DNA of 64,000 bases. Origin: an uncultured Clostridia bacterium. Lineage in GTDB: Bacteria; Acidobacteriota; Aminicenantia; UBA2199. A program made the translations under genes and the position numbers. Of this stretch, positions 26,270 to 36,015 are shown in pieces. Every line of letters begins with the position of its first letter. Within the stretch, counting starts at the first letter, position 1. The stretch is from assembly GCA_964491915.1 (NCBI GenBank), contig CAZBHS010000027.1:2694-66693 (forward strand), in the 5' to 3' direction. The notes beneath the pieces were generated by a model, which did not search any database, had not been told where the DNA came from, and worked only from the letters and a program-made list of their open reading frames with translations.

Positions 26270-27247
26270 TCAATGGGCTTTTATTTCATATACCTTTCTG
26301 GTCTTAATATTCGAATTCAAATCTGTCAAAACCGCATCCACAGTCACATTACCTTCCGGCCGGGGAAGCGACACACTCATTGCCAAAGGAGCGGAACGTT
26401 TCAGTAATTCCTCTTTAGAAAATTCAAACGAGACTTGCTTCGAAATTTTCTTGATCTTTTCAGTTTTAGAGAAAACAACAAGATCAAGATTCAAACGGGC
26501 AACCATCTTGCCGTCCCTTCCCTCGAATTCCAGATGGTTCGGTTCCACCTGAACATTGAATTCCTGCGTCGAGGTATCATAGCTATAATCGAAGGATAAT
26601 TCTCCGAATTCAAATGTTCTCCCTTCTGAATTGTTGATTTGATTGTATTTCATCCGCTCTATCATATCAAAAGTCCGAAGCGGCGTCGCCAGGATATCCA
26701 ACCGGTAAAAGCCGTACCCATCCTTATCGATAAACCGGAAAAACATGCCTCCGGCGCCGGCGTAGGTATAATCGGAGTTGACCGAATCAGTCATTCCATA
26801 GAACCAATGGATAATGCGCCCCTTCAACATGGGGTCCTCGGTATAGACATTGGGATCGATCCGGTCCGGGGGTCCAAGAACCAAATATATTCTACCCCGG
26901 TCGGTTTCCCATCCTGGGCGCCCTGCTTCCCGGAGGTATTCGGACACGAACTCGAATCTCCGCTCGATCTCCTCCTTGAATTCATTTTCTTCGGTCAAGG
27001 GATCGGGATCACGAATTTCCCAAAAATAGCGGATAAACTCCCGGCGCCGTTCAGGAGTTCCAAGATTTTTAAATATCTTGCGCTCATTTTTTGTGAACAA
27101 ATACCGTGCCCGCTGGTAGAAATCTTCACTGGCGGGGTCCAATGCAGCCCGCCGGGACACGCCGCATTGAATAGTAAACATCGCTAACACTAGAGAAACA
27201 AGCAGGTTGCGCACCAGGAAAAATTTAGTCTGTTTTAGTCTCCTCAT
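26270..27247 (-). CDS. GWxTD-domain lipoprotein, short form (module 2, B')
   Basis: 325 aa with a signal and Cys (MFTIQCG). Motifs are FWEIRDPDPLTEENEF and GWETDRGRIYLVLGPPD. It overlaps the end of gene A' by 23 nt. Confidence 0.85.
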   Translation of the reverse strand: MRRLKQTKFFLVRNLLVSLVLAMFTIQCGVSRRAALDPASEDFYQRARYLFTKNERKIFKNLGTPERRREFIRYFWEIRDPDPLTEENEFKEEIERRFEFVSEYLREAGRPGWETDRGRIYLVLGPPDRIDPNVYTEDPMLKGRIIHWFYGMTDSVNSDYTYAGAGGMFFRFIDKDGYGFYRLDILATPLRTFDMIERMKYNQINNSEGRTFEFGELSFDYSYDTSTQEFNVQVEPNHLEFEGRDGKMVARLNLDLVVFSKTEKIKKISKQVSFEFSKEELLKRSAPLAMSVSLPRPEGNVTVDAVLTDLNSNIKTRKVYEIKAH

Positions 27248-29342
27248 CGAGTCTCCTCAACAATTCGGTAATCTCCGGCTGATTGGGATTGATTTTTAGC
27301 GAAGCGGTAAACGCCTTATGCGCCTCGCCTTTCTGTCCCACCTGGAGCAAAGCGGCGCCTAGCGCATTTAACACCGTCGTATCACTATCATACTCTGCAT
27401 TCGCCTTTAACAAGTTTTCCACCGCCAAATCATAGAAACCTTTGCGGAAATACGCCTTTCCTTTATAGGCATAATAATCGAATGCAGCTTCGGGAATGCC
27501 TTTCATGCCCTCGATAACCTCGATAACACGGTCATACTTTTTCGCCCGGAAAAGAAACGCCGTGTACACTTTCACCAATTCCGGGAAGCGTGGGTTCATT
27601 GACAGAGCCTTTTGGTAATTGGCTTCGGCCAATGTGTCGTTTTTAAGACTCTCATACTGCCTCCCCAGCATCATGTACAACAAGAATTTATTTTGCCTGG
27701 ACAGTTTTTTGGAAGCGGACGGCGGATGGGAAATGACTCCGAGGGGCGAAATGGAGAAATCGCTCTCCGCCGTACCCAATACGTTGCCGTTCTGATCCAT
27801 GATCTTGGCGGTCATCAAGTACGTTCCGGTCCCCGGATTTTCTATATCGGTCTTGAAACAATATAAATCCGTTTCCTCAGGGAATTCAAACGGATAGACC
27901 TTACGGTACTCTTTGTAACCATGTTGATTTTTCACTTCCAACGCCACGTTAAGCTTGCCCTTGTAGGTTCCCTTTCGAACGCAAAAATACGAGAACAACA
28001 ATTCCCTCGTGCCGAATTCCCGGCGCGGATCGATCATCACCCGGTCATCCACAAAATTGTATGATGCGAAGAACAACTGGTTGGCGCGGCTAATCTGATA
28101 GCTGATGAGCGGTTGCCAAACCTTTGGCAGGCCTGGAGTCGGGGATTCTACCTTCACATTTCTCTCATAATAGGTTATTTCCCTATTTACTGAATTCTCG
28201 ATGATGGCGCTGAATTCGAATTCGCCGTCGATCGCGGGGAAATAATCGGCGATCACCAGCCCATGAGATAAAGAGCCCTCCAATTCCTCTTTTGAATAAT
28301 AAAAGGGATAGTTCTTGGAGTATTGAAAAATAACGGAACCCTCTTTCTTCAAGAGGACTGTGAGTTGATAACTGAAATAAAACTTATCCTTTTTTTCCGA
28401 ATAATCCACGGACAACCGCTCAGGCAAAATCGAGAAATGAATCATATTGAGCTTTAGGATCGGATCCGGAAACACCGCCAAATCGCAGCGGCTGTTAATA
28501 TAATTTGTGGTAACACTCACATCCACCACCCCCTTGAAATTCAGAAAGTTCCTGGCATAGGTGGCATTGATGGCACGCTTCGGTAACTCATAAATCCTGG
28601 ACATCAAGATGGGGGATTGCAACGACGGGGTGAAGTTATAGAGCTCTTCGCCGGGAATCAAACTGAGAGACACTTCCGCCACTTGAGGATTCAATTCTCT
28701 GAGTTTTTGATAAATTTTAGCGTAATCGTTATCTTCAAACTCCCCGGTATGCCTCACCAGCAAATTTCCCGGCCCGTCCACAGTCGGAATATACAATTTA
28801 TAATCCCCCGCTCCGGACTTCTTATAGAACGCGACCCTGAATGCGGTCGGAAGCCCTATTTCAGGATTCCCATAATATTCCCATATTTCCACCGGGTAGA
28901 TCCCCCTGGTAATCACTTCGTTGCGACTGACAGGAGGGCCAAGAAGTATCCAAATTCTTCCCCGATCCGTTTTCCAGCCGGGTAGAGGGGAACCGAAACC
29001 AAAATAATATGACGCATAATTGAACCGCTTCATGTGCTCTTCTTCGAATTCATTCTCAGGCGTCCCCTTACTGGGGTCACGCTGATTCCAGAACATTGAG
29101 ATAAATGAATCCCGGTCGCGGTTATTGGTCAAATCCAAAAAGACCTTGCGCTCAAGGGGAGTGCTGATATGAGCCACAAGATCCCACCATGTTTGATATT
29201 TCTCATCCAGGCCCTTAAGTATCGAATTTGCCGAGCCATTGGTTCCGGCAGCGGACAGGAATGAACCGGCCCCGGGAAAATTTATCACAAGAATCCCAAA
29301 CAATACTAGTATCACCAATCTTATACACGTTCTGTTTTTCAT
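27225..29342 (-). CDS. GWxTD-domain protein, long form with C-terminal TPR repeats (module 2, A')
   Basis: 705 aa with a signal peptide. Motifs are FWNQRDPSKGTPENEF and GWKTDRGRIWILLGPPV. The C-terminal TPR is LAEANYQKALSMNPRFPE...AHKAFTASLKINPNQ. Confidence 0.85.
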   Translation of the reverse strand: MKNRTCIRLVILVLFGILVINFPGAGSFLSAAGTNGSANSILKGLDEKYQTWWDLVAHISTPLERKVFLDLTNNRDRDSFISMFWNQRDPSKGTPENEFEEEHMKRFNYASYYFGFGSPLPGWKTDRGRIWILLGPPVSRNEVITRGIYPVEIWEYYGNPEIGLPTAFRVAFYKKSGAGDYKLYIPTVDGPGNLLVRHTGEFEDNDYAKIYQKLRELNPQVAEVSLSLIPGEELYNFTPSLQSPILMSRIYELPKRAINATYARNFLNFKGVVDVSVTTNYINSRCDLAVFPDPILKLNMIHFSILPERLSVDYSEKKDKFYFSYQLTVLLKKEGSVIFQYSKNYPFYYSKEELEGSLSHGLVIADYFPAIDGEFEFSAIIENSVNREITYYERNVKVESPTPGLPKVWQPLISYQISRANQLFFASYNFVDDRVMIDPRREFGTRELLFSYFCVRKGTYKGKLNVALEVKNQHGYKEYRKVYPFEFPEETDLYCFKTDIENPGTGTYLMTAKIMDQNGNVLGTAESDFSISPLGVISHPPSASKKLSRQNKFLLYMMLGRQYESLKNDTLAEANYQKALSMNPRFPELVKVYTAFLFRAKKYDRVIEVIEGMKGIPEAAFDYYAYKGKAYFRKGFYDLAVENLLKANAEYDSDTTVLNALGAALLQVGQKGEAHKAFTASLKINPNQPEITELLRRLDEETKTD

Positions 29343-29348
29343 GAATTA

Positions 29349-29377
29349 ATTATATTCAATAGGATGAATCAAGTCAA
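29349..29377 (-). promoter_or_regulatory. sigma-70-type promoter of GWxTD module 2 (leaderless geometry)
   Basis: The minus strand reads TTGACT (29377-29372), a 17-nt spacer, then TATAAT (29354-29349). The A of ATG 29342 is 7 nt after the -10 hexamer, and there is no Shine-Dalgarno. Confidence 0.6.
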
Positions 29378-29514
29378 ATAATCGCCGTCCCATCACATTA
29401 ACTTTTTTCGCAGCGCCTACGTATGAAAAAATTATGAGCCATATAAATTTTGTATTTTTCGAAAGAAAATGGTAAAATGCAACATCAAGCAATCGATTTA
29501 AAGGAGAAGCGATT

Positions 29515-30552
29515 ATGACTAAGAAACTTTTAATTGTATTATTCATCCTGGTATTCTCGATCCAGGGGGCCATTCTTACAGCAGAGGTTTCTAAAAAAGC
29601 GTTGAAGCAAGTTACGAAAGCGGAAAAAGCCATCCAGAAAAAGGATCTGGCAAAAGCTTATGACCACTACAAAAAAGCGATTGAAATCGAACCGGAATAT
29701 GCCGAACCCTATTTTGGCATCGCTCGCCTGTTGGTAGGCAAGCGCCAGTTCGATGCGGCTATCAAACAATTGGACAAAGCCCTCGAATATCAGCCTGAAT
29801 TTCCAAAAGCATCGGAATTGTTGGCTAAAATATATTTTAACTTCGGTCAGCAGCACAACCGGAACCAGGAATTGGGCAAAGCCAATGAAAACTATCGGAA
29901 AGTCATTGCCGTACCCGGCGCCGCTACTGCCACGAAGGCCGTCTATTCAAAGGCGACCTATCAGATCGGACTTAACCTGTACACACTGCAGAATTTTGAA
30001 GAATCAAACAAAATGTTGAAAAAATTCACCAAAATTGAAGGTGTGGACACAGAATTTACCGAACTGTACAAAACCGCCATCTATGTGATAGGCGTTAACC
30101 TCACACAGATGAAGAGAAACGATGAATCCAACGAATACCTTTTGAAATACATCGAGTTGGATAAAGCCGCACCCAATGCGCAGTTAGCGCCAATCGCAAA
30201 CTTCTTGGTAGGCTCCAACAACTTCATGAAGTTGGAAAAAGAAGTAGAAAAAATCAAAAGCGACAAAGACAAAGAGAAGAAAAAACGGATTGCCGAATTA
30301 ACCAAGAAGCATGAAGAAAAAATCTTACCTTATCTCTTGAGCGCGATTGAATTGAAAGGCGATTTAGAACCGGCACTCATGACTTTAGGTAACTTCTACT
30401 ACTACTGCGACAATCTCGAAAAAACCAAAGAAACGTATGAAAGCCTCACCACCAAATTTCCCGGGTCCCCTGACATAGCAATGTATAAATCATTTTTAGA
30501 GGATATTAACATAGAGATCGAGAAAGAAAAAAAAACCAAGAAGAAAAAATAA
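29515..30552 (+). CDS. secreted TPR-repeat protein with Lys-rich tail
   Basis: 345 aa with a signal peptide, TPR-like AYDHYKKAIEIEPEYAEPYFGIARLL, and tail EKEKKTKKKK. AAGGAG lies before the ATG, and TTGTAT-N17-TAAAAT is upstream. Confidence 0.7.
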   Translation: MTKKLLIVLFILVFSIQGAILTAEVSKKALKQVTKAEKAIQKKDLAKAYDHYKKAIEIEPEYAEPYFGIARLLVGKRQFDAAIKQLDKALEYQPEFPKASELLAKIYFNFGQQHNRNQELGKANENYRKVIAVPGAATATKAVYSKATYQIGLNLYTLQNFEESNKMLKKFTKIEGVDTEFTELYKTAIYVIGVNLTQMKRNDESNEYLLKYIELDKAAPNAQLAPIANFLVGSNNFMKLEKEVEKIKSDKDKEKKKRIAELTKKHEEKILPYLLSAIELKGDLEPALMTLGNFYYYCDNLEKTKETYESLTTKFPGSPDIAMYKSFLEDINIEIEKEKKTKKKK

Positions 30553-30567
30553 AAGTTCAATAAATAC

Positions 30568-30592
30568 GAGACCGGGATCTCTTCCCGGTCTC
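30568..30592 (+). terminator. hairpin terminator candidate
   Basis: GAGACCGGGA-tctct-TCCCGGTCTC, a 10-bp perfect stem 16 nt after the stop. The U-tract is weak. Confidence 0.5.
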
Positions 30593-30663
30593 TCGCTTCC
30601 GAAATATAATAAAAAAAAGATAATTTCTTGAGATATCCCCTGTAATTTGCGTATACTTATAAT

Positions 30664-31023
30664 ATGAAACAACATGTCATCTTTGGTTCAATTATCGTTC
30701 TACTGACGATATCCATCCTTCAAGCCGGTACCGTCAACGTCATTTACCCAAACGGCGGCGAAGTGTTGAAACTGAATTCATCAATCAACATAAAATGGGC
30801 TTCCTCGGGAGTAGCGGGAAAGGTGGTGATCGTACTGTACCGGGGCGGCGTCAAATTCCATACAATCGCAGCCGGCGCACAGAATACAGGGATGTTCAAC
30901 TGGCGCGTCACAGGGAACATTCCCGCGGGAGACCGCTACAGAATTCGCATCCGGTCGGCCGTCGATTTATCCATCAACGATTTTTCAGACTTTGACTTCA
31001 GAATTGCGCCTCCTACAAAATAG
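30664..31023 (+). CDS. small secreted Ig-like/beta-sandwich protein
   Basis: 119 aa with a signal peptide. The pattern IYPNGGEVLKLNSSINIKW...VVIVLYRGG...NTGMFNWRVTGNIPAGDRYRIRIRS resembles Kre9/KNH-type N-terminal Ig-like domains. This is a motif-level impression only. Confidence 0.6.
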   Translation: MKQHVIFGSIIVLLTISILQAGTVNVIYPNGGEVLKLNSSINIKWASSGVAGKVVIVLYRGGVKFHTIAAGAQNTGMFNWRVTGNIPAGDRYRIRIRSAVDLSINDFSDFDFRIAPPTK

Positions 31024-31061
31024 TTAACTTTTTTCAAAAAAAAGAGTATAATTATTTTGAG

Positions 31062-33461
31062 ATGAGACATTTGAGAATAATCCTACCTTTCGTTTTGATC
31101 ATTGTATCGTTCAATACCGCCCCGGCATCGACTGTGGAATTGCAAGACTATATCTCAACCAAAAATTGGGCCGCCCTCGAGTCGGTATTCATGGATGCGA
31201 GCCATGAAATCCTGAGAAAATACTTCACCCCTTGCCAGGGAATCAAGTTTGTGACGTTTGTCCAGGACAAGCTGACCTATAAGGCAAAATTCGAAAAATA
31301 CGCCGAAGTGGGCACCATCCTCTTTGAAAAAAAAGATGGGAAATATCTGAAGGCGGAAATCATCAACCAAATTAGCCCCCTTTATTTCATCGAAAGCTTC
31401 AACAAATATACAGTCCAAAATTTGACCATCACATTGGGCGACGCCCGGGTAACCTTGCAGAATGGCTTCCTATATGAATCGATCCCCTTCAAGCAAGTCA
31501 TGCTGTTCAAAGGGCGGCTCAGATTCGAAATCGAACCCAGCGATGAGGAAGAACGTCTGACCTTGCAATATCTCTTCAAAAAAAACAAGGTGGAAACCGA
31601 TGGGGACTGGGGAATTTTCGTAGTGGGCGACAAGTCGTTCCTCAAAGGATTGGAAGTAGCGCCGGAGCCAGTCAATGACGACTCAGAGACACTCTCCCCC
31701 ACCCTTGAAATCTACAAGGAATACTTCGGCATCAAAATACAACAATTCAATGAATTCTGGTTCCTGCCGTTCAACAGCGAAGACAATCTGGTTATTTTCA
31801 AAAAAAACAAGGATGAATTATACCTATATGACTACAATCCCGTTATGGTTCCCGACACCCAATTGCGCACCTCGAAAAGTAGCAAGGTTCTATTGGCGTA
31901 CAACGCCCTAAAAAAGCCGAAGTTTATATTCGATCAAAAAGAAAAGATAAAAAAACTCAAGGTGGATTTGTTCTTCAATCCCGAATCGGAATTCCTCTCA
32001 GGCACCGTCAGACTCTCATTTCAGTTCCCCGCCACCTTTCGGGTGATACGGCTGGCCGAAGGTTTGAAGATTCGCGGCAGCCTGGATCCAAAAGCGAAAG
32101 ATTTATCGGTTCTCCGCAAAAACAATGTCTACTATTTCCTCGGAGCCGACACCAACCACCTGTCGTTTTTCTGGAAAGGTTCGATCAAGCCTCACACAGC
32201 AATCGAAGATGTCTTCAAACAACGTCTCTCCGCATTGGACCAGGTAGAACGGGAGAATTATTTTTACCTTTCGAGGGACCAAAATTATTACCCTAACCCA
32301 GGCATCGATTTTACCGATACCGAATGCTCCATATCAGTCCCTTCAAAGCTAAACTGCCTGGCATCCGGGCAATTCGTGAAAAAACAAGAACTGAACCGGA
32401 ATATCTATCGATTCAGCAGTCCGGGCCTCAAAGGCATTTCTTTGGCCTGCGGCAATTTCACACTCCTGGAAACATTAAAGAGCAAAGTCCCCATCAACAT
32501 ATACAGTGATCCGATGAGCCAGCCGATGCAGTATTTTGACCGCGACAACGTTTCCGGAGGCCTGAATTTTTTAATCTCCAAATTTGGACCCCCAGCCACA
32601 AAAGAGATCAATATTCTGTTTCAAAAGGGATATATCGAGGGGGGGGTCAGCGACCAGGGCTTCATTTTGTTTAATTACAGCCCTCACCTGAACCGCATGA
32701 TGGCCTCCCGGAGCGACACTCCCCTAATCAGCACCAAAAATAGCCCCATCAACTTCCGCAACGATTCCACCGACTACCTCATTCACGAGTTGGCCCATCA
32801 ATGGTGGGGAGGGATCACATCGTGGGATTCGTACCGGGACTTGTGGATAACCGAAGGATTGGCGCAATTTTCAGTCATCTACTTTTTACAAAACCAATTA
32901 CCGGAAAAACGCTTCAATAGAGTGTTGAAGAAAATAAAACGTTGGATCATGAATAAAAGCGACTCAGGACCTATCATCTACGGCAAGCGTGTCAGTCATA
33001 TGGGAAACGGTCGCGAGACCTTCCAGACAATCGTATACAATAAAACCGCATTTGTATTCTTGATGTTAAAAGAAATCATGGGGGAAAAGAAGTTTCTCAA
33101 ATCAATTCGTTCGATATTACGGGATCTGAAATTTAAAAGTGTAAATTCAAAACGTTTCATCTCTCATTTCAGCCAAAAAAACAAAACTGTATCCCGGTTC
33201 CTGGAGCAATGGATCTATTCACGCAAAATCCCCAAAATCTCGATCGAAAAATCCATCAACGGCGTCAACGGCGAGATTCGCATCACCCAGAAAAACACCG
33301 ATTTTATATTCCCGTTACGCGTAAAAATCCTGACGAGCAATAAAGAGGTTGTAAAATCTATCGTGGTAGACAGCAAGGAAAAAATCGTAAGGTTTCAGGA
33401 AAAAACGCCTATCCGGTCGATCCAGGTAGACGAAAGATATTCTTTGGTAAAAATCAATTAA
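31062..33461 (+). CDS. M1-family (aminopeptidase N-like) zinc metallopeptidase
   Basis: 799 aa with a signal peptide. The gluzincin motif is HELAHQWWG...WITEGLAQF, i.e. HExxH-x18-E. Confidence 0.85.
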   Translation: MRHLRIILPFVLIIVSFNTAPASTVELQDYISTKNWAALESVFMDASHEILRKYFTPCQGIKFVTFVQDKLTYKAKFEKYAEVGTILFEKKDGKYLKAEIINQISPLYFIESFNKYTVQNLTITLGDARVTLQNGFLYESIPFKQVMLFKGRLRFEIEPSDEEERLTLQYLFKKNKVETDGDWGIFVVGDKSFLKGLEVAPEPVNDDSETLSPTLEIYKEYFGIKIQQFNEFWFLPFNSEDNLVIFKKNKDELYLYDYNPVMVPDTQLRTSKSSKVLLAYNALKKPKFIFDQKEKIKKLKVDLFFNPESEFLSGTVRLSFQFPATFRVIRLAEGLKIRGSLDPKAKDLSVLRKNNVYYFLGADTNHLSFFWKGSIKPHTAIEDVFKQRLSALDQVERENYFYLSRDQNYYPNPGIDFTDTECSISVPSKLNCLASGQFVKKQELNRNIYRFSSPGLKGISLACGNFTLLETLKSKVPINIYSDPMSQPMQYFDRDNVSGGLNFLISKFGPPATKEINILFQKGYIEGGVSDQGFILFNYSPHLNRMMASRSDTPLISTKNSPINFRNDSTDYLIHELAHQWWGGITSWDSYRDLWITEGLAQFSVIYFLQNQLPEKRFNRVLKKIKRWIMNKSDSGPIIYGKRVSHMGNGRETFQTIVYNKTAFVFLMLKEIMGEKKFLKSIRSILRDLKFKSVNSKRFISHFSQKNKTVSRFLEQWIYSRKIPKISIEKSINGVNGEIRITQKNTDFIFPLRVKILTSNKEVVKSIVVDSKEKIVRFQEKTPIRSIQVDERYSLVKIN

Positions 33462-33482
33462 AACCGGACGCCCGGGAACCCT

Positions 33483-33815
33483 CTATCGAGAATTCCCGGA
33501 CAACCAACTCAAATATTTCTGTTCTCCGTTCACTATTGGAACAACAATTATTTCCGGTAATTCATAGCTGTGATTTTCCTGGATCAGTTTCTCCACCTCA
33601 GGGTAACTCTGCTCCCGGGTTCTGATCACTAACATAGATTCGGTTTCATTCCGAACCTTGCCCTTCCACCGGTAAATCGAGGTGAGCGGAGACGTAATCG
33701 AAACACCTGCGGCAATCCGTCGCTCTACCAGCATCCGGGCAATGTCTTGCGCTTTCTCCCTATCGTCGATAGTGGAAAGCACCAGGATAAAATCACTACT
33801 TTTTTTCACCTTCAA
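33483..33815 (-). CDS. cutA: divalent-cation tolerance protein CutA
   Basis: 110 aa. ILVLSTIDDREKAQDIARMLVERRIAAGVSI...SIYRWKGKV...HSYELPEIIVVPI is the typical CutA1 pattern. Confidence 0.85.
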   Translation of the reverse strand: MKVKKSSDFILVLSTIDDREKAQDIARMLVERRIAAGVSITSPLTSIYRWKGKVRNETESMLVIRTREQSYPEVEKLIQENHSYELPEIIVVPIVNGEQKYLSWLSGNSR

Positions 33816-34608
33816 CGGTTTCCTTTGCCGGAGCGTCTTCGGTCTCTTCTTTTACCTCTTCCTCGGTAACCTCTTCTTTTTTATCTTTTTCCATTTCTTT
33901 CACCAAAGCGGCGGCAACCTCTTCGGAATTGAAGTCTTCGAGGGTCTGGATTTTCAAAATGATGTAACGGTTCGGCAAGACTCTGTCTTCCACTTTCAGC
34001 ATATACTTTACCAGGACGAACACATAATCTTTCACATCGCCTTCGGGGAGTGTGATTTTGACATCGGTGCGGATATTGTAGACTTCACCATTGTAGATTT
34101 CCGCCCTATTATCGATACCGGCGGACAGACGTACAAGGGTTCTCTCTCTTTCGATCTCTCTTTTTACCCGGTCTCTCTCTTTCACGAGCTCTTTGTATTT
34201 AGCTTCAGCTTCTTTGAAAGCGGTTTCAGTAGCGGTCAAGTCTTCCTGCAATTCTTGTTTCCGCTTTCTGCTCCGGGTATCAGCGATCTCATCCTGGATA
34301 TCAAGCATCTCATCCCTCTTGTCACTCGCTTCCCGCGCCATATCCTGCATATCTTTTTTGACCTGAGTAGACTCCTTAATCAAAGCGGGAAGTTTGTACT
34401 CACCGATAACCGGTTCGGCGATCGTGACAACCTCAAAAGATTTGTAGTCGATATTTTTGGGTTCAAGTGCCATTGAACCCATCGTATCACGGTCATTATG
34501 AACCATGGCCTGGAAATACTGTGAGAGGGTTACCTCTTCCGGCTGCTGGCATGATGTCATGATCACGATTAAACCGAAAAGTGCAATTAACACGAGATGT
34601 TTTTTCAT
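33796..34608 (-). CDS. coiled-coil lipoprotein, function unknown
   Basis: 270 aa with lipobox IVIMTSC, Glu/Lys-rich helices and an acidic tail. The opposite-strand ORF 33682-34476 is low-complexity and I reject it. Confidence 0.65.
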   Translation of the reverse strand: MKKHLVLIALFGLIVIMTSCQQPEEVTLSQYFQAMVHNDRDTMGSMALEPKNIDYKSFEVVTIAEPVIGEYKLPALIKESTQVKKDMQDMAREASDKRDEMLDIQDEIADTRSRKRKQELQEDLTATETAFKEAEAKYKELVKERDRVKREIERERTLVRLSAGIDNRAEIYNGEVYNIRTDVKITLPEGDVKDYVFVLVKYMLKVEDRVLPNRYIILKIQTLEDFNSEEVAAALVKEMEKDKKEEVTEEEVKEETEDAPAKETVEGEKK

Positions 34609-34617
34609 TTTTGCCTC

Positions 34618-36015
34618 CTAAAAATGACTAATGATTTTATTCAATTTTTCTGACAAGATGAATATATTTTCCTCGTCGCCTACTTGCCCGATACATTGAA
34701 TCCCAACCGTAAGGTTTTGTCGATCGCAGTACCAGGGTATAGAAATTGCCGGATAACCGGCAAGGCTAGCAGGCGCCGTAAACCAATCTGACATATACAT
34801 ATCTATGGGATTCGCTTTCGCGCCTAACTTAAACGGCAATTCTGGGGCCGTGGGAGTCAACAAAAAATCAACTCCCTGGAAATTCTCCCGGAATTCCCGC
34901 TTTAACATTTCCCTGAGAACATTGGCTTTTTTATAGTACTTATCATAATATCCAGCGCTCAGCGCGAATGTCCCAAGAAATATTCTCCGCTTCACCTCGT
35001 CGCCAAACCCTTTGGTCCTTGTGGAAAAATAGGTGCCGATCAGGTTTTCTTCATTCCGGCGAGCTCCATATCTGACGCCGTCATAGCGTGCTAGATTGGA
35101 ACTGGCTTCCGACGAAGTGATAATATAATACGCGTTTAACGCGTACTTCCACAAATCCGTGGTCACTATCCGGATCTTCAATCCCTCTGCCGTGAGACTA
35201 TCGATCAATTTCCGGTACGCATCCAGTATTACAGGATTGATGGTCTCCAACCACTTTTCATCCAACACACCGATGGTGCAATCATCGAGATTGACCGCCG
35301 GCCGTGTATGGGACGCGCTGGTGGAATCGAGGGGATCAATACCCGCAATCACCCGGTACAATAATTCTGCGTCCTCTAGATTAGACGCCATCGGTCCAAT
35401 CACATCCAATGACGACGCGAACGCCGCCAAACCATAACGGGAGACATTCCCGTAGGTGGGTTTTAGAGCCACAGTCCCGGTAAACGAAGCCGGTTGCCGC
35501 ACCGAACCGCCGGTATCGGATCCCAATGCCAACGGAACCATACCGGCTGCCACCGCGGCTGCCGATCCTCCGGAGGAACCGCCGGGAACATAATCCGGCG
35601 CAAGAGGATTCCGGGTGGGGGAAAAAGCCGAATACTCCGTCGAAGAGCCCATGGCAAATTCATCAAGATTGGTTTTGCCGATAATAACGGCGTCTTCCGC
35701 CAATATTTTTTCCACCACAGTGGCGGAATAGGGGCTGACATAATCATCGAGAATTCTCGAGCCGCAGGTCAGGCGAACGCCTTCCACCGCTATATTGTCC
35801 TTGACGGCAACAGGGATTCCAAACAACCTGCCGCGCTCTCCGGCTTTTTTATCCAGTTCTTTCGCTCTCTCCAAAACCTTTTCCCGTTCTATAGTGATAA
35901 AAATATGGTATTTTTCGTTTTCCGATTCGATAGAATCCAGCGCTTCGCTCATGACATCATGGACGGTCCTCGTTTTATACAGTTTCCTGAAATGATCAAT
36001 CCCCTTCATCATCAT
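34618..36015 (-). CDS. gatA: Asp/Glu-tRNA amidotransferase subunit A
   Basis: 465 aa. The amidase signature is [36 protein letters not shown], with [18 protein letters not shown] upstream. It overlaps the gatC stop by 1 nt. Confidence 0.95.
   Translation of the reverse strand: MMMKGIDHFRKLYKTRTVHDVMSEALDSIESENEKYHIFITIEREKVLERAKELDKKAGERGRLFGIPVAVKDNIAVEGVRLTCGSRILDDYVSPYSATVVEKILAEDAVIIGKTNLDEFAMGSSTEYSAFSPTRNPLAPDYVPGGSSGGSAAAVAAGMVPLALGSDTGGSVRQPASFTGTVALKPTYGNVSRYGLAAFASSLDVIGPMASNLEDAELLYRVIAGIDPLDSTSASHTRPAVNLDDCTIGVLDEKWLETINPVILDAYRKLIDSLTAEGLKIRIVTTDLWKYALNAYYIITSSEASSNLARYDGVRYGARRNEENLIGTYFSTRTKGFGDEVKRRIFLGTFALSAGYYDKYYKKANVLREMLKREFRENFQGVDFLLTPTAPELPFKLGAKANPIDMYMSDWFTAPASLAGYPAISIPWYCDRQNLTVGIQCIGQVGDEENIFILSEKLNKIISHF

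Noticed and set aside
14265-29342. Recent DNA-level inverted duplication of the GWxTD/barrel region
   Set aside because: The paralogs are similar only at the protein-motif level, with different lengths and different intergenic sequences. This is an ancient duplication, not an inverted repeat or an assembly artefact.
33682-34476. 264-aa plus-strand ORF
   Set aside because: It is a low-complexity Phe/Leu-rich shadow of the minus-strand lipoprotein gene 33796-34608, which has a lipobox and coiled-coil sequence. It also overlaps cutA.
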